Shown here: in pieces, positions 1 to 8,739 of the stretch
Layout of the letters: each line of letters begins with the position of its first letter
Numbering within the stretch: the stretch's first letter is position 1
Assembly: GCA_965207885.1 (NCBI GenBank)
Contig: OZ242311.1
Span: 2,731,235-2,795,234, forward strand
DNA length: 64,000 nt
Source: Candidatus Latescibacterota bacterium
GTDB taxonomy: Bacteria > Latescibacterota > UBA2968
Reading direction: 5' to 3'
Program-made: the position numbers and the translations under genes
The notes under the pieces: generated by a model
Seen by the model: only the letters and a program-made list of their open reading frames with translations
Database searches by the model: none
Told to the model about the DNA's origin: nothing

Positions 1-105
1 CTGGAGGCGTTTCAGGTTCGGCAGGTCGCAGATGCCGTTCAGGGCCGCTTCCAGCCACTTCGCCCCCATCTGATCGATGATGTTGGGTTTGTTTTGTGAC
101 TGCAT
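1..105 (-). CDS. 5' end of a gene running off the left edge (MQSQNKPNIIDQMGAKWLEAALNGICDLPNLKRLQ...), loosely sulfatase-like N-terminus
   Basis: ATG at 105 has GGGGAG about 6 nt upstream. The KPNII..DQ..16 aa..PNLKRL spacing resembles sulfatase N-termini, but the strand before DQ is about 4 residues short. It is too short for the ORF track. Confidence 0.35.
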   Translation of the reverse strand, partial: MQSQNKPNIIDQMGAKWLEAALNGICDLPNLKRLQ

Positions 106-167
106 AATGACTCCCCTGATGCGCTCTTTGAGCTTTTTAGTCGATAATCTTTGTTTCTACAGTCATT

Positions 168-1514
168 TTATTTTTCGAAAATTGTCCCGGGCCACGGGTA
201 AGCGTTGGATCCAGCCTCATCCTCGATGGGGCCTTCCGGCAGTGTGGCTTGCCAATCCATGACCTGCTCTGACATCTGCTTGACCAGGGTCTCTTCAAAT
301 TTGGCGTGATTGACGAGTTCCATTGGATCTGCAGGAATGTTGTAAAGTTCGACACGACTTCTGTCCGGGTTGAGAAGCAGCTTCCAGTCACCCTCGCGGA
401 TTGAAAGGATCGGGCTTTTGTGAAGGCAATGGCCGTGAACCCGAAATCGCCACTCCCACATCAACGGCGTCGTGCGATCTACCGAGTTACCTCGAAAGGC
501 GGCTGTCATATTCTCGCCCTGCAGACCAATGTTGTCGGGAATGTCCACGCCAGCGATGGAACAAAAAGTAGGTAACAGGTCTATGGCACATAAGGGCGTC
601 GTGTTGTCAACTTTGCCTTTTGGTCCGCCACTGCCTGGCCACCGAAGAATGAAAGGGGTTCGCACACCGCCTTCGTAGAGGCTTCTTTTACGACCTCGAA
701 AGGGACCAGAAGAACCGACGCCACTGTGTGACGCATTTCGGACGTGGATATCCTCAGGGCCGTTATCAGCTGAGAAGATGACAATCGTGTTGTCGGAAAG
801 GCCCAGTTGATCCAGCCGATCCATGAGCCGTCCAATGTGGTAATCTGCGTTGGTAACGACAGAATAGTAGATGCGTAGTGCACCTTTGTGTTTGTCTTCC
901 AGGCCCTGAGCGGTAAGATTCATATAGGGTTCCATCTGCTCCTCTGTAGGATCCAGAGTGGCGTGGGTGTCAAGCAACCACGCTTGAACAAAGAAAGGCT
1001 CATCTTGATGTCTTTCGATGAAAGATATGGTTTCATCTATAATTACCTCTGTAGATTGAGATCTGCCTTCGGGAATCTCAATGGGGGGTCCGACCGCATT
1101 GAATGTTTTGGATTCGTCAATTCCATAAGCCGTGGTATTAGGTGCTTCTTCGCCACTTCCCAGGTGCCACTTGCCAAAGTGGCCAACAGCATATCCACTT
1201 TGTTGCAGGAGATCCGTGATGGTCGTTGCATCGGGATCCAACCAATCTGGCATGCCGCGTAGGGCGTTCTGCTCGTGACGGGCAAAATGGCCATGTATGC
1301 CCCAGTGGGCAGGAAATCGACCCGTCATGACCGCTGCCCGGCTGGGTGAGCACACACCCGAGCAAACATAGAATTGTGAGAAGAGAATGCCCTGCGAAGC
1401 GAGCCGATCCAGATTTGGCGTTTTTACAAACTGGTGGCCGTAGCAACTCAAGTCACCCCACCCCCAATCGTCGGCGAAGACAAATACGATATTGGGTCTT
1501 TTCGATTCAGCCAT
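168..1514 (-). CDS. Cys-type sulfatase (arylsulfatase family), no signal peptide
   Basis: PNIVFVFADDWGWGD metal-site strand and the CSPSRAAVMTGR formylglycine (C-x-P-x-R) motif. AAGGAG lies 8 nt upstream of the ATG. Confidence 0.9.
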   Translation of the reverse strand: MAESKRPNIVFVFADDWGWGDLSCYGHQFVKTPNLDRLASQGILFSQFYVCSGVCSPSRAAVMTGRFPAHWGIHGHFARHEQNALRGMPDWLDPDATTITDLLQQSGYAVGHFGKWHLGSGEEAPNTTAYGIDESKTFNAVGPPIEIPEGRSQSTEVIIDETISFIERHQDEPFFVQAWLLDTHATLDPTEEQMEPYMNLTAQGLEDKHKGALRIYYSVVTNADYHIGRLMDRLDQLGLSDNTIVIFSADNGPEDIHVRNASHSGVGSSGPFRGRKRSLYEGGVRTPFILRWPGSGGPKGKVDNTTPLCAIDLLPTFCSIAGVDIPDNIGLQGENMTAAFRGNSVDRTTPLMWEWRFRVHGHCLHKSPILSIREGDWKLLLNPDRSRVELYNIPADPMELVNHAKFEETLVKQMSEQVMDWQATLPEGPIEDEAGSNAYPWPGTIFEK

Positions 1515-1554
1515 TGCGGTTCTCCTTAATAAAGTAGGCGGTAAGCCTTTGCCC

Positions 1555-2895
1555 CTACGATGCCAGGGCTTTCAGGTAGGTGGCGCCTTGCGTGTCGGCG
1601 TGTGCCTGGACCCAATCAGATAGTCGGTTTCGGTGATCCGTCAGGATCTGAATGAATTCAGGATCATTGGCGAGGTTCTTTGTTTCAGTGGGATCCGAAA
1701 CCATATCGACAAGCATTTCTTCCGACGTGCCATCGTAGTGGAAGATGGAGTACTTGTACCTGGCAGACCTTACCATTCTACCGCCAACAGTTTCGGCAAC
1801 GACGAATTCCCGCCAATCGGGTTGCTCGCCCAGAGCAAGGGGTTTCAAGCTTCTACCGGGTAGTGAATCTGGAATTTCTCCTTTGGCAAAGTCGCATAAC
1901 GTCGGAAGCAGATCGATCCCATTATTGACCAAAGCATCGATCTGACCTGGAGAAACTCTTCCAGGCCAACTGATCGTGAGCGGTACGTGTGACGACGCTT
2001 CGTAGAACGACCGCTTCATTGTCAATCCGTGTTCCCCATCATGATCGCCATGGTCACTTGTAAATATGACAACCGTACTCTCCCGCAGACCGGTGTCATC
2101 GAGCGCATCCAGTATCACACCCAACTGTTGGTCCAGGTCCTCCATATAAAAACGGTAAGCCGCACGGTAGGTCCGCCACTCGTGTTCGGTCCAGTGGATT
2201 GCACGCTGACCGAATCTTCGGTTGAGGCCGATTTCGATTGTCTCCTCGTCTCCCAGTGTCCCATCACGGAATCTCTGCATCCACTTTGGCTCATCCTGAG
2301 GGGGTGCGTGATTATCCGGCAAGGGAGGCAAGTTGTCTCCTGGATCCGAAGGATGTGTCGGCTTCCCATCCTCATCCAGGACTTTACATATATCGTGTGG
2401 ATTAATGAACGATGCCCAGAGGAAGAACGGGCGATCGGAATCTCTGTTTTTGAGAAAATTAGCAGATCTCTCCGCAAGCTCATCCCTCTGATCGGTTGTG
2501 AGCGACTCAAATCCGAATTCCTCTGCCTTTTCTTTTGTGAAAACCTGGGTGCCCTCTACGTGCAGCTTACCGCCGGCGTACGTATCATATCCACAATTTC
2601 GGAGGAGTGTCCCCATCAATGGCGTATCAATATGGTCCAAAATCCGCGGATGTTCCGAAGCCATCCCCTTGGAGTTATGCTCCAGGCCATCAAAAGTGTG
2701 CGGCATATGGCCTGAGACCAGGGCGTACCTGAATGGGACACAAACTGGATTGGAAACGTAGGTGAGCTCGAATCTCTTACCACCTGCAGCCAGTTTATCC
2801 AAATTGGGCGTACTGACATAAGGGTCACCGGAATAGCTCGCCATTCTGTGATGTTGTTGGTCCGTTGTTATGAGAATGATATGCGGTCGTTCCAT
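1555..2895 (-). CDS. Cys-type sulfatase, no signal peptide
   Basis: HIILITTDQQ and PVCVPFRYALVSG motifs. The ORF-track start at 2958 overlaps the upstream gene. The ATG at 2895 (MERPHII) has AAGGA 7 nt upstream. Confidence 0.85.
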   Translation of the reverse strand: MERPHIILITTDQQHHRMASYSGDPYVSTPNLDKLAAGGKRFELTYVSNPVCVPFRYALVSGHMPHTFDGLEHNSKGMASEHPRILDHIDTPLMGTLLRNCGYDTYAGGKLHVEGTQVFTKEKAEEFGFESLTTDQRDELAERSANFLKNRDSDRPFFLWASFINPHDICKVLDEDGKPTHPSDPGDNLPPLPDNHAPPQDEPKWMQRFRDGTLGDEETIEIGLNRRFGQRAIHWTEHEWRTYRAAYRFYMEDLDQQLGVILDALDDTGLRESTVVIFTSDHGDHDGEHGLTMKRSFYEASSHVPLTISWPGRVSPGQIDALVNNGIDLLPTLCDFAKGEIPDSLPGRSLKPLALGEQPDWREFVVAETVGGRMVRSARYKYSIFHYDGTSEEMLVDMVSDPTETKNLANDPEFIQILTDHRNRLSDWVQAHADTQGATYLKALAS

Positions 2896-2935
2896 ATCTG
2901 TTCCTTTCGCGTTGCGGACGAATTGTAGCAAGATG

Positions 2936-4408
2936 TCAACGAGGATCGCCAGCTTCAATTGTTCGTTCCAGCAGCCTGCTGCGCATTGCTTCTTCCCGAT
3001 CTCGATAATCCGGATTTCCTGCCAGATTCACCAGTTCGCCCGGGTCGTTCTGCAAGTCGTAAAGTTCAGAACGATCATTCACATAATGTGCGTATTTCCA
3101 CTTCTCGTTTCGAACCATGCGACCCCGAGAAAGGAAGAACGTTCCCGACTCAACCAGCGGCAATTCAGGTACGGGCTCCGTCCGACTTATGCCGGCTTTC
3201 AGCGCGTCCAGTTCTGCTTCTGGTCCTCCCTCTGGCAATGGCTGACGGCTGCCAACTTCCGCATAGGTACAGTCTCTTTCTGGAGCCATACCCGACATCA
3301 TATCTGTCACACTTCTACCCTGAACACCCGACGGGATCGAGATTCCGCTACTCTGGAGTAATGTGGGCATCAAGTCGATTTGCTCAATTTGCAGTGCGTT
3401 TGTTGCACCATCCCGTGCATGTTCCAAACCCCTTACGATCAATGGGACCTGGACAATGCAGTCGTAGAATGCAGCAGTTTTCCTAATGAGTCCGTGTTCG
3501 CCCAGGTACTCACCGTGGTCACCTGTGGCAACAATGATGGTGTCGTCCCAACGACCAAGCGCTTTTAGTCCATCAAAGAATTTGCCCAGGCAGTCATCCA
3601 GGTGCCTGAGCATGCCGTAGTAATACGCCATTGTCTGGCGCAGTTGCTCGTCATCCATGAGATGCAGCCACCCGCCGTGATAATAGACTTGCTGAACGAA
3701 TGGTTTTGAGTCCAATTCACCCTCAGGTCTATGTGGGAGAGGCATGTCCTCTGGCCTGTACATCGTGGCAAAAGGTTCGGGAGCTCGATAGGGCGGATGA
3801 ACATCGGAAAAGCTCAACCACACAAACGAGGGCTCGACACCCTTCCGTTCGAGATAATCGAGGGCATGATTCACGTTGGCTCTTGCTGGAGATTCAGCAG
3901 GATCGAAAGGGTAGGTTCCGCCATACCAGATTGGGTTTGGGTGATCTCCCCAACGGAAACGTCTTGTTTGTGATTCGAACACGGATGGGTCGATGGGTAT
4001 TGCAGGCCCAGGAAATGGCTTCCCATAGGCTTCTCGCTGCTTTTGCCGAAGTGGTGACTCTTCAATACACGCTTCAAATCCTGCAGTTTCGGCATCTGGA
4101 AAACAGTGGTTTTTCCCAAATAGGCCACAGCCGACACCAGCATCTTTCAATAGCCCTGGCAGGTGAAATCCTTCCTTTTCTTGCATCAACAGCGTGTTGT
4201 CTCTGGAACCTGTAACGCTGGGATAACGACCCGTGAAAAATGCGACCCGTGATGCGACGCAGAGCGGAGAAGGTACGGTGCAGTTTTCAAACCTGATGGC
4301 TTCGCTGGCAAAGCGATCCAGATGAGGTGTCGCTCCGACGGGATTGCCATAGCATCCCAATGCGCGAGCGGCAAGATGCTCAATGGTGATTACGACAATG
4401 TTTTTCAT
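2936..4408 (-). CDS. sulfatase with variant C-x-A-x-R motif, no signal peptide
   Basis: MKNIVVITIEHL start and PLCVASRVAFFTGRYP motif. C-terminal sulfatase blocks are present (GDHGEYLGEHGL). Confidence 0.85.
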   Translation of the reverse strand: MKNIVVITIEHLAARALGCYGNPVGATPHLDRFASEAIRFENCTVPSPLCVASRVAFFTGRYPSVTGSRDNTLLMQEKEGFHLPGLLKDAGVGCGLFGKNHCFPDAETAGFEACIEESPLRQKQREAYGKPFPGPAIPIDPSVFESQTRRFRWGDHPNPIWYGGTYPFDPAESPARANVNHALDYLERKGVEPSFVWLSFSDVHPPYRAPEPFATMYRPEDMPLPHRPEGELDSKPFVQQVYYHGGWLHLMDDEQLRQTMAYYYGMLRHLDDCLGKFFDGLKALGRWDDTIIVATGDHGEYLGEHGLIRKTAAFYDCIVQVPLIVRGLEHARDGATNALQIEQIDLMPTLLQSSGISIPSGVQGRSVTDMMSGMAPERDCTYAEVGSRQPLPEGGPEAELDALKAGISRTEPVPELPLVESGTFFLSRGRMVRNEKWKYAHYVNDRSELYDLQNDPGELVNLAGNPDYRDREEAMRSRLLERTIEAGDPR

Positions 4409-4411
4409 CTC

Positions 4412-5827
4412 TTAGCTCCTATCAACTTCCTCAGACCAGGCCGCGTACAGATCCTGCAGGCGTTCCACGACTTCGGGATGCTGATCAATCAGATCTTGAC
4501 TCTCGGAGGGATCTTCCTTCAGGTTAAACAGGCAGGTATTCTGGAGAAGCTCTGTGCGTTCAACGATCCCATCGCAGGACGGCTCTTGACCTCTCCTGCC
4601 ACCTTTATGCAACAGTTTCCAATCACCAGAGCGCACGGCATAACTATCGCCCCAGCGCCAGAAGAGGTCTCGCTGGTCTGCGATTTTTGTGACATCTTTT
4701 GGGATGGGTTGACCATCCAATCCTTCGGATAACTCGATGCCTGCTGCCTGTAAACAGGTCGGAAGAATATCGAGCGTTGAGATCGTCCTGTCACAGATCG
4801 TTCCAGATGCCGACTCATTTGGACGGGCGAGGATAAATGGCACGTGAATTCCGCCCTCCCAGAGCGTAAACTTGCTCCCGGCAAGCGGCAGGTTGCAGGC
4901 ACCGGTGTTCGGTGCGCCTCCGTTGTCTGAAAACATGATCACGATGGTGTTGTCGGCAAGCGATAGCTGATCCAACGTGTCCAGAAGGCGACCGATATTG
5001 TCGTCGAGGCAATTCAGGTTCGCCAGATAGTATCTGCGAAACTCGTCGGCATTGATCTCGCCGAGGATTCTATACCTTTTGAACCAGTCCCCATACCCGC
5101 CCATGGTCTCCGGGTCGTAGTTTGGAATCTCCCTTACGCCGTGCTTGTCGAGGTATCGTTTGGGCACCTGGTGGATCAGGTGATGCACGGAGTTGTAAGA
5201 GAGTGTCACAAAGAAAGGTTCTTCCTGATGGCTCTCGAGAAAATCGATTGTCGCGTCGGTGAAGATTTCCGTCAGATACCCTTGCCCAAATTCTTTGTAA
5301 TCCCGGTTGTGCATGAGCGGCCCAACAACCGCGCTGTGCCCTTTTGGATCGGGCGTGCGGTCTTCGATGTCTTTGGTGAGGAGGAAATAGTCGTGGCCAT
5401 GTGCTGAGAATCCGAGAAACTCGTCATAGCCATGGTTCAACGGATATTCGTGAGCCTCGTGATCGTGAAAGCCCAGGCCGTAATCGTTCTTACCGAAACG
5501 CGCTGTGGTATAGCCGTTAGCCTTCATGATTTCGGTGATGTTCTTTTCTGTTTCAGGATGTCCGCAAAAAAAGGAAGATTTCGGATCCCAACGCACCTGG
5601 TGTCTCCCCGTATTCCATCCGGCGCGGGAAGGGCTGCATACAGGAGCTGTCACATAGGCCTGTGAAAAGAGAACGCCGCGCTCAGCGAGCCGGTCCATGT
5701 TTGGCGTTTGCACGTCTGGCGCATGATGACTGAATGCAGTCAGATCGCCGTAGCCCTGATCGTCTGTAACAATGATGAGAAAATTTGGTTTTGTGCCCAT
5801 AATGATCACCCGCTCCAATCCCCGCAT
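4412..5827 (-). CDS. Cys-type sulfatase, no signal peptide
   Basis: KPNFLIIVTDDQGYGD and PVCSPSRAGWNTGR motifs. The start is 2 nt after the upstream stop; an alternative ATG is at 5800. Confidence 0.9.
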   Translation of the reverse strand: MRGLERVIIMGTKPNFLIIVTDDQGYGDLTAFSHHAPDVQTPNMDRLAERGVLFSQAYVTAPVCSPSRAGWNTGRHQVRWDPKSSFFCGHPETEKNITEIMKANGYTTARFGKNDYGLGFHDHEAHEYPLNHGYDEFLGFSAHGHDYFLLTKDIEDRTPDPKGHSAVVGPLMHNRDYKEFGQGYLTEIFTDATIDFLESHQEEPFFVTLSYNSVHHLIHQVPKRYLDKHGVREIPNYDPETMGGYGDWFKRYRILGEINADEFRRYYLANLNCLDDNIGRLLDTLDQLSLADNTIVIMFSDNGGAPNTGACNLPLAGSKFTLWEGGIHVPFILARPNESASGTICDRTISTLDILPTCLQAAGIELSEGLDGQPIPKDVTKIADQRDLFWRWGDSYAVRSGDWKLLHKGGRRGQEPSCDGIVERTELLQNTCLFNLKEDPSESQDLIDQHPEVVERLQDLYAAWSEEVDRS

Positions 5828-5829
5828 TG

Positions 5830-7311
5830 TTACCTGTCAGCCCCGCCGAGAAGCTGCTCTCTGGTCATTACCTTGATTGGTGGCAGGTTATCGACCATTC
5901 CCGCGTCCGTGCGTCGAAGCTCATCAATGGTCCCTTGCCGAAGTTGGGTGAGCAACTCGTGGTGATCGGATTCCAAAGCGAGGTTTTCCAGTTCCTCGGG
6001 GTCATTCTCGAGATCGTACATCTCTTCGATCTCCCCGGGGACGAGCCAGCGGATATATTTGTACTTTCCCATGCACAGAGATACCCACCAGGGGATAGGC
6101 GGATTGCCTATTGGCTCGCCACAGCCGACATCGGTATCTTCTCCAAAATAATGACCCGTACACTCCATCAGCAGCGGGCGATCCCATTCAGCGTTGGGAT
6201 CGGAGAGCAATAGTGTCAGGTCCTCCCCGTGCATCTTCCAGGGTTGTTTCATGCCGATCAACGAGAGAAAGGTAGGCGGGATATCCTGGCCGCCGATTGG
6301 CACATCGCATACTGTGCCTGCAGGAATCCGTCCCGGCAGCCGCATGATCATCGGTGCTTTGATATTGGCATCATAGGGCGCCACCTTGAGTCGAAAGCCG
6401 TGCTGTCCCCAGGCAAATCCCTGGTCCGACGTAAAGACGACCAGGGTATCATCCAATTGCCCCATCTCCTCTATGGTGCCGATCACCCTGCCAACCCCTT
6501 CATCCAGGGCGCACACGCCCCGGTTGTATTGTTGTTCCCAATCGGTGAGGGTCCGTCCATCCCGGATGCCTACCGGTTGGCCGTGATCTCCCTCGCGCCA
6601 AACACCGTAGTCCCGCATATGTGTCGCCTTGGTCGGGCGCGGCGGATAGATGTCTTCTGGCGTGGGGACCTGGGAAACATCTGGATAGTCCTGGAGATGG
6701 CGGTCAGCCACTTTCCAGGGGCCGTGTACTGCGTCATAGCACAGCCAGAGGTGCCAGGGCTTATCCGGTTCTTCTGCCCGTCCGCGGAGAAATTCAAGTG
6801 CATACTCCGTGTAGTTATCGGTAGAATAGCCGCCAACCGGTTCCGGCTCCCTCCCGTTGATACTCATATTCTGATTGACATAATAGGGCCCGTATTTCTC
6901 GGGTTGGCTGTGGTCCCAGATGGCAGAAAAATCCCAGTACCGACCGTGACCGTGATCGGGACCTGTGTGCCATTTGCCGACGATGCCTGTGTACCAACCG
7001 TTCTCGCGGAGATTCTCGAGCCAGTACGGACACTGGTCTGGATCGCGGACATAGTTTGGGTAGCTCGAGGGCAGGTGCATGCTCATCACGCCATGCGGCA
7101 ATTTTCCGGTCAGGTACGTGGCGCGTGAAGGCGCACACCAGGCACTGGTATAGCAGTTGGAAAAACGCATCCCCTCATGGGCGAGACGATCGATGTTTGG
7201 CGTACTGATCCACGAATGCGCCTCGGGGTAGCAACTCACAGACCGAAAGCTCTGATCGTCGGTGAAGATGTATAAAATGTTGCTCGGACGGTTCAATTGA
7301 TCATCGTTCAT
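5830..7311 (-). CDS. Cys-type sulfatase, no signal peptide
   Basis: NILYIFTDDQS, WCAPSRATYLTGK and FTSDQGFAWGQHG motifs. Confidence 0.9.
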   Translation of the reverse strand: MNDDQLNRPSNILYIFTDDQSFRSVSCYPEAHSWISTPNIDRLAHEGMRFSNCYTSAWCAPSRATYLTGKLPHGVMSMHLPSSYPNYVRDPDQCPYWLENLRENGWYTGIVGKWHTGPDHGHGRYWDFSAIWDHSQPEKYGPYYVNQNMSINGREPEPVGGYSTDNYTEYALEFLRGRAEEPDKPWHLWLCYDAVHGPWKVADRHLQDYPDVSQVPTPEDIYPPRPTKATHMRDYGVWREGDHGQPVGIRDGRTLTDWEQQYNRGVCALDEGVGRVIGTIEEMGQLDDTLVVFTSDQGFAWGQHGFRLKVAPYDANIKAPMIMRLPGRIPAGTVCDVPIGGQDIPPTFLSLIGMKQPWKMHGEDLTLLLSDPNAEWDRPLLMECTGHYFGEDTDVGCGEPIGNPPIPWWVSLCMGKYKYIRWLVPGEIEEMYDLENDPEELENLALESDHHELLTQLRQGTIDELRRTDAGMVDNLPPIKVMTREQLLGGADR

Positions 7312-7327
7312 TTTGGTTCTCCGTAAT

Positions 7328-7376
7328 CTATATGGTCAGGTAACCAGACCATGGTTCGCTTCTATTTCCTCTGTTC
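7328..7376 (-). repeat. conserved about 50-nt intergenic element, copy A
   Basis: CTATATGGTCAGGTAACCAGACCATGGTTCGCTTCTATTTCCTCTGTTC differs from 12705-12754 by one indel and two substitutions. It lies between a PhyH stop and the next start codon. It contains internal inverted repeats (ATGGTC/GACCAT, AACCA/TGGTT). Confidence 0.7.
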
Positions 7377-7403
7377 TGCATCTATCCGACTCTGCGCCCC
7401 TGA

Positions 7404-8471
7404 TTAGACCTCAGAGCCTGCAACAGTGCGAACGGCCTCGCTCCAGTCATCCCAAAGCCCCGGACCTTCCGCGCGTGGTTCAGGAGGCGGGACGGCCGGC
7501 CCAAGTTCAAGTTCGTGGAGTTTTCTCACGTTGGGCGGTGGCGATGGTCGTGGCCCTTTGACATAACGGCCGTTGTATGTTCTGTCATATACAGACTTTT
7601 TGTAGGCATCATAAAGAATCATCTGTCGAATCTGCGGAGGGTTGCTGTAGTTCCGCGTTGCCGAGTGGAACATTCGTCCGTGCCACAAGACCACATCTCC
7701 CTCGTCACCAAAAAACTCAAAGGGCTCAATATTGGCGAGTGCGTCCTTGAGACCTGGGGGCTGCGGCAAAACAAATGCCGCAGCGCCGCTTTCCGGATGG
7801 GGCGAATGTAGAATTGAATAGCGAGCGAGATCTACAGAGTCCGGCTCTGCTTCGTAGAGCAAGCGATGACTGCCGGGAAAAAGGGCGATGCCACCTCCAC
7901 CCTTGGGAACCTGGTCAACGTATGCGCTCGCCACCAGATGCACCGGCTCGGGATCAATGTGTGCACCGGCACGGACGGCATCCGCCAGAGCAGGTGAGTC
8001 GCTCTTACGCTCTCTCGGCAGCACGCAATACATACCGCGCAACTCCTTGCCACCCCAGACCGGCCAACCACGCAACCGACTTCCACGCGGATCCGGATCG
8101 GCCGCAGAGGAAGTTACCTCTGGTATCACAACTTCACCTTTGCCGAGGAGTTGCTCAAACCAGGGGAATACGCGGCGTGGAAGCAAGTTGATCAGGTCCT
8201 CGTCGCCGGAGAGTTCACGCAGTCGCCAGCCGTGGTCACCGGTGCGATCATTCATGCCATCAGAGGTGCTTTGACGATCTGCCTCCGGGAGACCGTTTAG
8301 CCAGGTTTGAGGATCGTCTCGGCGCAAATGACTTGAGGTGTTTCCCGCCCACAGCCTGTCCCTCGCTGCAGCACAAAGTTTGGGGTCGAGGATCTTTCGT
8401 TTCACAAGGAATCCGTTCGTAATAAATTGTTGGATCTCTTCTGTACTCAGTGCTGCCAATGCTGTATTCAT
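7404..8471 (-). CDS. PhyH (phytanoyl-CoA dioxygenase) family Fe(II)/2OG dioxygenase
   Basis: LSTEEIQQFITNGFLVKRKIL N-terminal helix, HIDPEP (H-x-D), GGGIALFPGSHRL, and the distal His in WHGRMFHSATRN. The ATG at 8471 (MNTALAAL) has GAAGGG upstream. The ORF-track extension to 8537 covers a DNA repeat. Confidence 0.8.
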   Translation of the reverse strand: MNTALAALSTEEIQQFITNGFLVKRKILDPKLCAAARDRLWAGNTSSHLRRDDPQTWLNGLPEADRQSTSDGMNDRTGDHGWRLRELSGDEDLINLLPRRVFPWFEQLLGKGEVVIPEVTSSAADPDPRGSRLRGWPVWGGKELRGMYCVLPRERKSDSPALADAVRAGAHIDPEPVHLVASAYVDQVPKGGGGIALFPGSHRLLYEAEPDSVDLARYSILHSPHPESGAAAFVLPQPPGLKDALANIEPFEFFGDEGDVVLWHGRMFHSATRNYSNPPQIRQMILYDAYKKSVYDRTYNGRYVKGPRPSPPPNVRKLHELELGPAVPPPEPRAEGPGLWDDWSEAVRTVAGSEV

Positions 8472-8489
8472 GGAAATAACCCTTCTTTC

Positions 8490-8535
8490 TTCAATACTGA
8501 ACCATTGTACGGACTTCAATACCGAACCATTGTAC
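8490..8535 (-). promoter_or_regulatory. 21-nt direct repeat x2 (period 25) just upstream of the PhyH gene
   Basis: TTCAATACTGAACCATTGTAC at 8490-8510 and TTCAATACCGAACCATTGTAC at 8515-8535. On the minus strand each copy carries a TACAAT hexamer. Confidence 0.4.
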
Positions 8536-8639
8536 AAAAAAAAGAGTTGGATTTCAACAATTCTTAAAAGACAGGTACTTACGAAAGGCGATATATGTTA
8601 TTTGGGATTTTGCTCGAAAATCACCCTGAACAAATTCGC

Positions 8640-8669
8640 TTGCTTCATGTCCGTCCCTTTTTGTAGTAT
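8640..8669 (+). promoter_or_regulatory. candidate sigma70-like promoter for 8740 gene
   Basis: TTGCTT, 18-nt spacer, TAGTAT, about 70 nt upstream of the ATG. The match is weak. Confidence 0.25.
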
Positions 8670-8739
8670 GCATCCGGATCCTGCCCCTGGACACCAGCAG
8701 TAGTTTTGGTGATTTCAAATACATTGAGGAGGAAGAAAG

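Noticed and set aside
6229-7128. 299-aa plus-strand ORF antisense to the sulfatase at 5830-7311
   Set aside because: It has no start context or motifs and lies entirely inside a well-supported gene.
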